Below are positions 41,546 through 50,519 of a stretch of DNA of 64,000 bases, piece by piece (position 1 is the first letter of the stretch; every line of letters starts with the position of its first letter). A program made the position numbers and the translations under genes. The notes beneath the pieces are model-generated. The model was not told where the DNA came from. It ran no database searches and saw only the letters and a list, made by a program, of their open reading frames with translations. This DNA comes from Gammaproteobacteria bacterium (lineage in GTDB: Bacteria; Pseudomonadota; Gammaproteobacteria; GCA-001735895): NCBI GenBank assembly GCA_050288105.1, contig JBNKDE010000013.1:3519-67518 (forward strand), given 5' to 3'.

Positions 41546-42922
41546 ATGAATGAGTCAGATTATAAGCGTTATGTATGCGATGCCTGCGGGTATATCTACG
41601 ATGAAGCCGAAGGTGATTTGGATTCCGGCCTGATGCCAGGTACTCGGTTCGAGGATATCCCGAATGACTGGCAATGCCCATTATGCGGTCTGACCAAAAG
41701 TGACCTGCGACTGCTTCCTGATATGCCGCTAGCACCTGCGGTGAATAAAATCATCAAACCGGCGAACACTAAACTGAGTCGCGGCAGTGATGATGCTATT
41801 GTAATCATCGGCGCTGGCATTGCTGGCTGGTCAGTGGCTGAAGCGGTACGTAAGCAGGATCAGCAAACCCCAATATTACTGGTATCCGCCTGTGCCGGTA
41901 TTATCTATCCCAAGCCTGCATTATCGACGGCGCTGGCGAAGGGCAAAAGCGCGCAAGACCTGTCCGATATGGATGCGTCCAGTAAGGCGGCAGCATTGAA
42001 TATCGAGGTCAGAACAGAAACCCGTGTCATTAAAATCGATAGTGCAAAAAAGCGTATCACCACTTCCAAAGGTGGAATTCAGTACGGCAAATTAATCCTG
42101 GCGATGGGGGCTCATCAGCGAGAAATCCCTATCGCAGGCGATGCCTCGGATACGGTGGTGCGGGTGAATGACCTGCTGGCTTACCGCAAATTACGCGATC
42201 GTCTGGATGCCGGAGTGCGTCATGTCACCATTCTGGGTGCAGGACTGATCGGTTGCGAATTTGCCGAAGACCTGTCATCAGCGGGTTACCGGGTCAGCGT
42301 TATTGAACCGAGTGATCATGCCATGGCAAGCCTGCTGCCAAATGACGTATCACAGCGGCTGAAGGCGCAGCTACAGAACAAAGGTGTGGACTGGCACCTG
42401 AGTACCACACTGGATCAGGTGGAACATAATGCTGACCGTTTGCGTGCCATTTTGTCTGATGGCTCTGCGCTGGAAACCGATCTGGTCCTGTCCGCTGCGG
42501 GCCTGCAGGCGAATACCCAACTGGCAGAGAAAGCGGGTATCCGCGTAGGCAAGGGCATCATCACCGATCATTTGATGCGCACTTCGCATGAAGGTATCTA
42601 TGCTATTGGCGACTGCGCCGAGGTAGATGGACAAATCTACGCCTATATCGAACCGATCAGACGGCAGGCCGAAACTATCGCATCCCAGTTAAGCGGTAAT
42701 GTTGTTCCGTTTAAAACCCTGTCACCGCTGGTCAGGGTTAAAACCCCCAGCTTTCCGCTCAGCATTTGCCTGCCTACCGCAGTGGATGAAACCAACATTG
42801 AGCGACGAGATGTTAACGAGCAGCATATTGAGTATCTGGCAGGAGGCAAACTGGTCGGCTTTATACTGACTGGTACTGAGTCCTCCAGTGCGACACAAAT
42901 GTATTCTCAGATCTGTGCCTGA
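41546..42922 (+). CDS. Rubredoxin fused to FAD/NAD(P)H rubredoxin-reductase-like oxidoreductase
   Basis: N-terminal rubredoxin (CDACGYIY...WQCPLCG) and a Rossmann motif ([14 protein letters not shown]), in 458 aa. Confidence 0.8.
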   Translation: MNESDYKRYVCDACGYIYDEAEGDLDSGLMPGTRFEDIPNDWQCPLCGLTKSDLRLLPDMPLAPAVNKIIKPANTKLSRGSDDAIVIIGAGIAGWSVAEAVRKQDQQTPILLVSACAGIIYPKPALSTALAKGKSAQDLSDMDASSKAAALNIEVRTETRVIKIDSAKKRITTSKGGIQYGKLILAMGAHQREIPIAGDASDTVVRVNDLLAYRKLRDRLDAGVRHVTILGAGLIGCEFAEDLSSAGYRVSVIEPSDHAMASLLPNDVSQRLKAQLQNKGVDWHLSTTLDQVEHNADRLRAILSDGSALETDLVLSAAGLQANTQLAEKAGIRVGKGIITDHLMRTSHEGIYAIGDCAEVDGQIYAYIEPIRRQAETIASQLSGNVVPFKTLSPLVRVKTPSFPLSICLPTAVDETNIERRDVNEQHIEYLAGGKLVGFILTGTESSSATQMYSQICA

Positions 42923-42994
42923 AAACGTTGATTGACCTGCCTGTGGGCAAAGCCTAACCTTAGCAGCTATATACTAGCTGCAAAAAGGTCGGGC

Positions 42995-43231
42995 ATGAAA
43001 AAACTGAAAAATGAAAAAGAACTGATCAAAAAAGCGATTGAAGAAGGTGTTAAATATGGTGAAGCCAGAGGCGTAGTTGAATTCGAACCTACGGATTCAG
43101 CGAATGAAAAGATCGAGTACATTTATCGCCTGCTGGTACACGATAAGGTAATACAGCCCATTCCCGAGATTGAGGTATCGCAGGTCACCATGCGCCATAA
43201 GCTGGCGATCTGGGCGTCCAAGCTCAAGTAG
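42995..43231 (+). CDS. Hypothetical small protein
   Basis: 78 aa ORF (MKKLKNEKELIKKAIEEG...). RBS is weak. Confidence 0.3.
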   Translation: MKKLKNEKELIKKAIEEGVKYGEARGVVEFEPTDSANEKIEYIYRLLVHDKVIQPIPEIEVSQVTMRHKLAIWASKLK

Positions 43232-43480
43232 CTTTCGGACGTGTTGAAAACCCTAGCTGATTAGTGATGATACCGGACGCCCCCCCTCGTTCCCATGCTC
43301 GGAAACTGCTCGGCTCAGGCATCCTGCTTCGCTCTACCACCTAAATCCCTTTAGGCGTTTTTGCGTTACTCTCGACAATTGCATCCTGCATTGTTCTACC
43401 TTCGACCATCCATGATCTCGTACCACATACGTCCCTGTAGGAGTCCGAGAGGGAATGCATATAGCATCTGACTAAGTTCT

Positions 43481-43780
43481 GATTTCACACGCTGAAAACT
43501 TTTCTCGCTCTGTAGTTAAGTCGTGCCTGCGTGCGAGTAACTTTTCAGGCATGAAAAGTCACCAAAAATGCTTTCCCAACAGTCCCTTCTTCCGTCAAAA
43601 GCACAGCCAAATCGCGGTCGGGGCAGACGCGTTCCTGACGCGACTGCCCCTAAATTCGCTTCCCTGCGAATTTACCCCGATTTGACTGCACTTTTGCCGC
43701 GGGTCTGGATGGGGTTTAAAAAACAGAGATTTCAAGCACAGCTTGAAGTCTCAAGAAACTCAAGTTTCAAGATCTGATCC
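43481..43780 (-). repeat. Structured repeat element E2, copy 2; ends with hairpin agatttcaagcacagcttgaagtct at 43727-43751
   Basis: Collinear with 8181-8455: tttcacacgc...gcgtgcgag..., cgtcaaaag...atcgcggtcggGGcagacgcg...cgcgaCTgCCcc, ttttgccgcggg. Confidence 0.7.
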
Positions 43781-43965
43781 ATGCGCCCGTTTTAACCATT
43801 TAATCGTCTGGAGAGTCTTAGACCTTTTATTTCAACGTGTATATGTTCCTGAGACTCTAATAATTCAATAATTTGCCTAAAAAGCGTGGTCCATATTAAG
43901 AAAAACCTGAATAGTTGAAATATGGTAGAATATCGCCATATTAGACCAACTTGGAGGTCTGAATC

Positions 43966-44430
43966 ATGTCGTTATCTGTATATTCTGCTGCACAAAGATT
44001 AGCGGAGAAATCCGGTTGGTCTCTGTCAAATTTAGAGATTCAGAAATTGCTGTACTTGGCGCATATGTTTCATATGGGCGAGCACGAAGAGCCTTTGGTA
44101 AATGAACATTTTGAGGCTTGGGATTACGGCCCAGTTCAACCCGATCTTTATCATAAGCTGAAAATTTACGGCTCTTCTCCAGTGAAACATATTTTCACCC
44201 GCACAAAACCATTCGATGAAGGATCTGAAACGGAAATTATCGACAAAACTGTAGACCAGCTTTCACATCGAGCGGCTGGATGGCTGGTCGCTGCTACGCA
44301 CTGGGACAAAGGCGCGTGGGCTAAATACTATGAGCCTGGCACGAAAGGAATAATTATTCCTAATTCTGAAATCCAACAGGAATATAGAGATAGAGTAGAT
44401 GCACTCAGAAGAAGACAAGCCACCATTTGA
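43966..44430 (+). CDS. Panacea-domain (DUF4065, SocA/PanA-like) putative antitoxin
   Basis: 154 aa. The conserved YLAHMFHMGEHEEPLVNEHFEAWDYGPVQPDLY region matches my recollection of the Panacea family. Preceded by ggagg. Confidence 0.6.
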   Translation: MSLSVYSAAQRLAEKSGWSLSNLEIQKLLYLAHMFHMGEHEEPLVNEHFEAWDYGPVQPDLYHKLKIYGSSPVKHIFTRTKPFDEGSETEIIDKTVDQLSHRAAGWLVAATHWDKGAWAKYYEPGTKGIIIPNSEIQQEYRDRVDALRRRQATI

Positions 44431-44743
44431 TCAACTGGACGATCTTCTTTATGAAGAACCGAGCAAGACAGATCAGCAGATATCTGCCCTTGAAAAGCAA
44501 CTAGAGTACGAACGCGATGCCAGGATGGAAGATCGATTTGTATTTATCGTGATAATAGTCCTTTTATTGGATATCGTTTTCTTTTCTGTTATGCCTACTT
44601 TCGGTGGCCCGCTAGCGCTACTAATCCTGGAACTTATAATTTTGATACCGCTGGCCCGAAAGATGGGAATGGAAGAACTTGCCGCAATATTTCATGGAGT
44701 TGTATCCCGTATGGCTGGAAGAGCAAATGATGCTGATGATTAA
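44399..44743 (+). CDS. Small two-TM membrane protein, candidate toxin partner
   Basis: 114 aa overlapping the upstream gene by 32 nt. Hydrophobic segments FVFIVIIVLLLDIVFFSV and LALLILELIILIPLA. Confidence 0.45.
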   Translation: MHSEEDKPPFDQLDDLLYEEPSKTDQQISALEKQLEYERDARMEDRFVFIVIIVLLLDIVFFSVMPTFGGPLALLILELIILIPLARKMGMEELAAIFHGVVSRMAGRANDADD

Positions 44744-44997
44744 ATTTCAAACTGAGTCACCACCGAAAAAGTTGATGTGTTCAGTAATTTACAAATACAT
44801 GATAATAATGGGCTCTGCAGAACCAAGGCGTCACTGCTGAAACATAAGGTCCATCTTTTGATGGAACAATCTCAATTTGACTTCGCTGGCCTGACCCTCC
44901 AGACTCAGGTGAATCTGAATCCACTTTTTCTCAAACACCACAAAGGAAACACAAACCTTAAACGTAATCTGTTACTACGATAAGGCTATTTATAGGC

Positions 44998-45273
44998 ATG
45001 AAATCCTCAGTTGATAAAATACTCAAGAAGCATCCTCAGCTTATCCACTCCGATAATATGAAGGTGACTTCTCATGTACAACGTGCGAGTGGCGAATGGA
45101 TTATTAATACGATCATGATTGAAGATTGCGCAGTCCCGTTTAAATACAAACGCAAAAAACGTTACAAAAATCTCACCGGAGCGAGGGTGAACTTAACCTA
45201 TTACCCACAACTTGAGTCAGTCGCCGGGATTGACTTTGAAACCATGAAGGTGGTCAGGGTCCGTATTTCCTGA
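44998..45273 (+). CDS. Hypothetical protein
   Basis: 91 aa ORF with no recognisable domain. Confidence 0.3.
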   Translation: MKSSVDKILKKHPQLIHSDNMKVTSHVQRASGEWIINTIMIEDCAVPFKYKRKKRYKNLTGARVNLTYYPQLESVAGIDFETMKVVRVRIS

Positions 45274-45538
45274 ACCGCCCGTATCAGGCGAAATACGGAA
45301 TGATCGGGTCACTAGAAATTCAAGCACTACAGGCGTGCAATTTTCTGATACGATTAGCGGCCAATTAACCTGTCTTACCATGCTTCCTTCCGTCTACCTG
45401 CTTTATGTTGATCAGAATTACCCTGTTACAAACCCTGTTTTCCAGTACCTGTAATCTACAGCCTATCCAATTCTCTGTTGGACCGACCTTGAATGGCGAA
45501 ATCTGTATTTGGTTTATTAGTAGAGGAATTTATCACCC

Positions 45539-46081
45539 ATGATTGAGGTTTTAATTCTTGCGGTTGCGCTCAGTATGGATGCCTTTGCGGTATCGATTGG
45601 GCTGGGGGCGAAACACCGGGCTAAATCCGTTTCACTGGGTCTGAGGGCGGGGTTGTACTTTGGTGTTTTTCAGGGCTTGATGCCCTTTATTGGCTATCTG
45701 GCTGGAAAAGGGGTGTTGGGCTGGATAGAGTCATATGCGCCCTGGGTGGCCTTTATACTGTTATTGTTTATTGGCGGTAAAATGATTTATGAATCCTTCG
45801 CGGAAGGCATAGAAGAAGATATCGTCGCAGTGACTCATCGGGTGTTTTTAATGCTCGCCATTGCCACCAGTATTGATGCGCTGGCGGCAGGGTTTACCCT
45901 GACCTTGCTTGATGTAAATCCTGTCACCTCGTGCCTGGTGATCGCGCTGACTACCTTTGCCTTTAGTTTTTGCGGAACACTGGTAGGCAAAAAGAGTGGA
46001 ACCTGGCTGGAAGCAAAAGCTGAGTTTCTGGGAGGGGTAGTTTTGATATTGATAGGTTTAAAAATACTGATTTTTAATTAG
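45539..46081 (+). CDS. mntP: Manganese efflux pump MntP
   Basis: [26 protein letters not shown]; two DUF204 repeats. Confidence 0.85.
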   Translation: MIEVLILAVALSMDAFAVSIGLGAKHRAKSVSLGLRAGLYFGVFQGLMPFIGYLAGKGVLGWIESYAPWVAFILLLFIGGKMIYESFAEGIEEDIVAVTHRVFLMLAIATSIDALAAGFTLTLLDVNPVTSCLVIALTTFAFSFCGTLVGKKSGTWLEAKAEFLGGVVLILIGLKILIFN

Positions 46082-46134
46082 TGTTAACAGGTACTTAAAA
46101 AATAGATATTAACTGATTACGGAAAATTAACCTG

Positions 46135-47295
46135 ATGCTAAAAGACTTATTGTCTCCACGATATATAATTGCTGGCTTTGTGGCGATACTGATTGGCTAT
46201 ACCAGTTCAGCAGCAATCGTTTTCCAGGCTGCAATTGCTGGTGGTACCAGCCTGGATCAGGTGAGTTCCTGGTTGTGGGCATTAGGAATTGGCATGGGTA
46301 TTAGTACTATCGGCCTGTCGCTGTATTATAAACATCCTGTGCTCATTGCCTGGTCTACACCAGGTGCTGCGTTACTGGTAACCAGCCTGCCGGGCGTGGA
46401 TTTGTCGAATGCCATTGGGGCCTTTATATTTAGCTCAGTGCTAATAACCATCTGTGGTGTCACCGGCTGGTTTAACAACATCATGAAACTGGTGCCACAA
46501 AGCCTGGCGACAGCAATGCTGGCAGGTGTTTTATTGCGATTCAGTCTGGCTATTTTTCCCGCATTTAATCAGGAGTTACTCCTGGTTGGGTTGATGATCG
46601 TGGTTTATATTCTGGGAAAATGGCTGAAGTCTTCCTACACTATTCCGATGACATTTGGCACGGGTATCATCGTCGCTTTTTTGCAGGGCAAGATACAGGC
46701 TATTGAATCTGCTTTAACCATGACCACGCCAATCGTGGTTATACCGAGCTGGGATGTCTCGATTCTAATCGGTGTAGGCCTGCCACTTTTTGTGGTAACC
46801 ATGGCTTCACAAAATGTACCTGGTATAGCCGTATTACGTGCACATAACTATCAAACTCCTGCATCCCCGCTTATCGGCTGGAGTGGATTCACAGGCATCA
46901 TTATGGCCCCATTTGGAGGCTTTGCTTTCAATATGGCAGCCATCACTGCAGCGCTATGCATGGGTGAGGATGTTGATAAAGATCCGGCCAAACGATACTT
47001 CGCTACCATCTGGACAGGTGTGTTTTATATCCTGGCTGGTATTTTTGGGGCCGCAGTTGCAAGTCTGTTTGCTGCCTTTCCGGTTCAACTCGTTACTGCG
47101 ATTGCTGGTTTGGCTCTGCTTGGGACTATTGCCAACAGTTTAGGAGCAGCGCTGCAGCAGACGGAGCAACGCGAAGCTGCCATTATTACATTTATCATTA
47201 CTGCTTCAGATGGATCTTTTCTTTCCATAGGGACACCGTTCTGGGGATTGATTGTTGGATTGATGGTTTATTATTTAATGAAACATTCAACCTAA
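46135..47295 (+). CDS. benE: Benzoate/H+ symporter BenE family
   Basis: 386 aa, 12 TM, BenE-like. Confidence 0.75.
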   Translation: MLKDLLSPRYIIAGFVAILIGYTSSAAIVFQAAIAGGTSLDQVSSWLWALGIGMGISTIGLSLYYKHPVLIAWSTPGAALLVTSLPGVDLSNAIGAFIFSSVLITICGVTGWFNNIMKLVPQSLATAMLAGVLLRFSLAIFPAFNQELLLVGLMIVVYILGKWLKSSYTIPMTFGTGIIVAFLQGKIQAIESALTMTTPIVVIPSWDVSILIGVGLPLFVVTMASQNVPGIAVLRAHNYQTPASPLIGWSGFTGIIMAPFGGFAFNMAAITAALCMGEDVDKDPAKRYFATIWTGVFYILAGIFGAAVASLFAAFPVQLVTAIAGLALLGTIANSLGAALQQTEQREAAIITFIITASDGSFLSIGTPFWGLIVGLMVYYLMKHST

Positions 47296-47525
47296 AAACC
47301 GCAGTTGACCGCTATGCACATGAGCCAACTGCTTGAGTAGCATGACTATACTCATAATCACAAAGCTCACTTGTTGGGTGAAAGCGCTATGCAGCGGATT
47401 GCACATTTTTTCATGCACATAGCTGCGTTGTGAAACTGGCCAAGGGCTTGCCATTGGCGGCATTTCACGCCTTGCCCTGCACATGAAAAAAAGCACACTC
47501 CACTGCATTCAACTGCGGTTTTTAG
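47292..47525. mobile_element. MITE-like element with 14-17 bp perfect terminal inverted repeats and TA target duplication
   Basis: Left cTAaaaaccgcagttga, right tcaactgcggttttTAg. The interior carries atgcacat repeats and hairpins. The left TIR overlaps the benE stop. Confidence 0.6.
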
Positions 47526-47605
47526 GTTCAAGTAATAAAGCACAGAAATCGAGCTGATAAATTATTCAGAGTTTCCCTGATAAGTTCCGAAATATAAAAT
47601 AGCTA

Positions 47606-48130
47606 CTAATTGGGCCAGGGTCGCTGTCCTTCTGCCTCTATCCAGGCCTGCACCCACTGTGGGATTTCACCGCCCCAGTTTGGATTGCCCATCGCGTTGA
47701 CAACCTGTTCAGCGGGTAATAGCCCGCCTTTTGAGGTGACGCCAGCTTTCATGAGTGAAGAGGTGCAGATCTCACCAGCGCGATGAATCTCCTGTAAAAA
47801 GTAAAACCAGCGCTGATCGTGACATAGCATACGCGTGCTCACGGTAAAGCGATGCAGAAAAGGAATCCGTCTGCGATAGCGTACACTGGCCCCGCCGACA
47901 ACCAACCCCCAGCGGTTTTTCCGCATCAGGGGAATAAACCCAACGCGTTGTGAATAATCCCAGCGACCCAGTTCAAAGTAGACGAGCTGGCGTCCGTTGT
48001 TGAGTTCACCAAATACATCGATATCCGATAGCCCGGCTCGACATTCGATGACCGACGTATCGTCAATATTAAGTGATGGTTGGCGACGTGCCTTCCATAA
48101 AGTAGTCAAAAGTTTGAAATACGGGTACAT
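47606..48130 (-). CDS. Hotdog-fold thioesterase-like protein
   Basis: 174 aa; 4HBT_2-like by overall pattern. Tentative. Confidence 0.45.
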   Translation of the reverse strand: MYPYFKLLTTLWKARRQPSLNIDDTSVIECRAGLSDIDVFGELNNGRQLVYFELGRWDYSQRVGFIPLMRKNRWGLVVGGASVRYRRRIPFLHRFTVSTRMLCHDQRWFYFLQEIHRAGEICTSSLMKAGVTSKGGLLPAEQVVNAMGNPNWGGEIPQWVQAWIEAEGQRPWPN

Positions 48131-48227
48131 GGTTTATCTCTATACGATGTACATAACATGACAGTTATTTAAGTAGTTATAAAAATCAGCCCTTAGCTGG
48201 TTTCTATGTTGAAATTGCAGCTACCTT

Positions 48228-49016
48228 TTAGCTGTTACTCAATAGTCCCAGTCCCAATGTACGAAGCTCTTCGATTTTGTGGAAGTGAAACGTTTTATAT
48301 TTATGCGTATCGGGTTCCAGTAGCAGGATATTGTGCTTGCTATGTCGAAGACTGGTCTGGGTTTGATTAAAGATCAGCAGTCGCAACGACTTTTCGAACA
48401 TATCAAGTACCTTGGCGGTTTTAAAAAAACGCTCGGGTAGCTTGTTCTCGAAGGAGTGCTGTCCCAGAACATCGACTGCGATGATATTTTCGTGAGAGGC
48501 TTCGTTGATGCCCAGATTTTCACACAGAAACCCATCACCGTAGACATGCCCTTCAATTACCTGTTCCTTAAATATTCCGGGGATCGCCATCGTCGCCAGT
48601 ACAGCCTGTTTGATAGGAACATTGCTGGTTGCATCGAATACCTTCTTATGTCCGTCCAGCAAATTGGTTGAAATCAGTTTTAAAGGTATCAGAGTGTCGC
48701 TGATCAACCTGTCCTGGAAAATGTCATCAAAAATGCGGCTAAACTTTGTACTATCAATTACTGAATTACCACTCCATGAAAATTTGACCCAGTTGAATAC
48801 ACCAGCAAGGCTTTTGAGCTTTTCATAGATTTCCTGCTCTTTCATCCCGATTGCCATACAGGCACCAATGATACCCCCCATGCTGGTGCCAATGATTTCG
48901 TGTGGTAGGGCGGACTGTTGTTCAAGGTCATGTATAACACCCAGATGTGCAATGCCCAGCGCGCCGCCGCCGGAAAGTACCAGTGAGAATGGTTCGGTTT
49001 TAAATTGAAAGTTCAT
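48228..49016 (-). CDS. Patatin-like phospholipase
   Basis: GGGALGIAHLG oxyanion motif and GTSMGG (GxSxG). Confidence 0.85.
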   Translation of the reverse strand: MNFQFKTEPFSLVLSGGGALGIAHLGVIHDLEQQSALPHEIIGTSMGGIIGACMAIGMKEQEIYEKLKSLAGVFNWVKFSWSGNSVIDSTKFSRIFDDIFQDRLISDTLIPLKLISTNLLDGHKKVFDATSNVPIKQAVLATMAIPGIFKEQVIEGHVYGDGFLCENLGINEASHENIIAVDVLGQHSFENKLPERFFKTAKVLDMFEKSLRLLIFNQTQTSLRHSKHNILLLEPDTHKYKTFHFHKIEELRTLGLGLLSNS

Positions 49017-49461
49017 GTCCTTGTCTATTTGTCCACTGATTATTCTGTGACCAGAGGGGTCGGGGTATCAAAACATAAAAATATAAAAACCAGGCTATCT
49101 TAGCCTGAAGTCGAAAAAAATTCACCCGCATAAGGTATGAACATAGTGCATTTGAAGGCCTGGCCAGGTTTAGGCCGTATTCAGATTATGAGCATATGCA
49201 GGGAGTCTGATTGACGGCCCCTTGAGTTCATTGTAACGTCAGGTAGTGATAAGATGTCTGATGTTTGCAGGTAAATAAAAGCTTTCGCAGCATCACAGGA
49301 TGTTAAAGCGCGGCTATCGCCTGTTTCAATTCGTCACTTCTATGCCCTGCAGGAACATTTGAAGTGACTGGCATAAGTGGTAAAAATAGTTAACCAATCC
49401 CATTCTGATTGAGGCATACCAATAAAGGAAAAATAATGAGTCACAAGCGTAAGGCAAGTTT

Positions 49462-50079
49462 ATGGGGATAGTAGAAATTATTTCCCTATGTTTGATCATG
49501 CTCATCGGTGCATCGATTCCGAGCTCAAGCGTTGTGCTCGTGGTTGCGCGCTCGTTAACTCATGGTATACCCAATGGAATTTCTGCCTCTCTGGGTATCG
49601 TGTGTGGTGATGTGATATTTATTTTACTGGTGATTTACGGCTTATCTGAAATTGCAGAATCCATGGGCTGGTTATTTCTGCTAATTAAGTACCTTGGTGC
49701 GAGCTATCTAATCTGGTTGGGTGTTACGCTGCTATTCTCAAAGTCAACAGTAATAGCCGTCGAGAAAAATACCCAAAAAGGAGATTTAGCCACCAGTTTT
49801 GTTGCAGGTTTATTGTTAACGCTGGGTGATGTCAAAGCAATTTTCTTTTATATCAGCCTGTTTCCAGCGTTTATTGATCCAGCAAAACTCTCTGCCATAG
49901 ATGTCGCTGTGGTATTGATCATTGATATCTTCCTGGTTGGTGGGATTAAAATATTTTATGCATACTCAGCTAAAAAAGTTGCTTCACTTTCCAGTAAACA
50001 TCGTTTGCAAAAAGGCACAAAAAAACTGGCGGGTGGTTTAATGGTTGGTGCTGGTGGCTATTTAATGGTAAAGGCTTAA
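49462..50079 (+). CDS. LysE/RhtB-family translocator
   Basis: 205 aa, 6 TM. Confidence 0.6.
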   Translation: MGIVEIISLCLIMLIGASIPSSSVVLVVARSLTHGIPNGISASLGIVCGDVIFILLVIYGLSEIAESMGWLFLLIKYLGASYLIWLGVTLLFSKSTVIAVEKNTQKGDLATSFVAGLLLTLGDVKAIFFYISLFPAFIDPAKLSAIDVAVVLIIDIFLVGGIKIFYAYSAKKVASLSSKHRLQKGTKKLAGGLMVGAGGYLMVKA

Positions 50080-50107
50080 CGAGTCAGCGCTTAAAACAAT
50101 TAAAGCG

Positions 50108-50443
50108 AAACGTGAATGCAACTTTTGGTTTTATCTCCCCTTCTGGAGTGCCGAAAATGGGGCCATTTAGTAAGGTCAGCGCACAGGGACGTGCGCTGAG
50201 GACAGTCGAGCACGGATGCGAGTCTGTCCGTGCCTTGCTAAATGGTTCGATTTTCGGGAAGCCGCAGGCCGCTCCAGTGGGGCGCCCTTTTCTTTCGTCT
50301 CTTTCTTTTGGGCGAGCAAAAGAAAGGGACTCGCACGCCAGCCAGGAAGATACTACAAAGCCAGGAAAGCTAAGGCGTGTGAAATTCTACACGATCAGAA
50401 ACAACAAACTTCAAAACGCTCCACAACAGGCTGAGTTTGGTGG
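50108..50443 (+). repeat. Structured repeat element E1, copy C (most complete)
   Basis: Helices: 50151-50175 pairs with 50233-50258; hairpin 50176-50199; hairpin gtctctttcttttg/caaaagaaagggac at 50297-50330. Confidence 0.8.
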
Positions 50444-50477
50444 GTGATCAGGGAACCAAATTAGATTAGATAGTAAA

Positions 50478-50500
50478 CAGGGCAGAGAGACTCTGCCCCG
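50478..50500. terminator. Hairpin gggcagagagactctgccc downstream of fbaB
   Basis: GC stem with flanking T/A runs. Confidence 0.5.
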
Positions 50501-50519
50501 TTTAAGAGAGTAACCTGCT

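Noticed and set aside
44777-44983. 68-aa ORF between the Panacea pair and the 91-aa ORF
   Set aside because: No RBS, and its translation (MFSNLQIHDNNGLCRTKASLLKHKV...) has low information content. It is probably non-coding spacer.
45274-45538. Looked for a yybP-ykoY Mn2+ riboswitch in the mntP leader
   Set aside because: I could not find the conserved GGGGAGUAG / GAGAC loop motifs by eye. It may be absent or too diverged; a covariance-model scan would decide.
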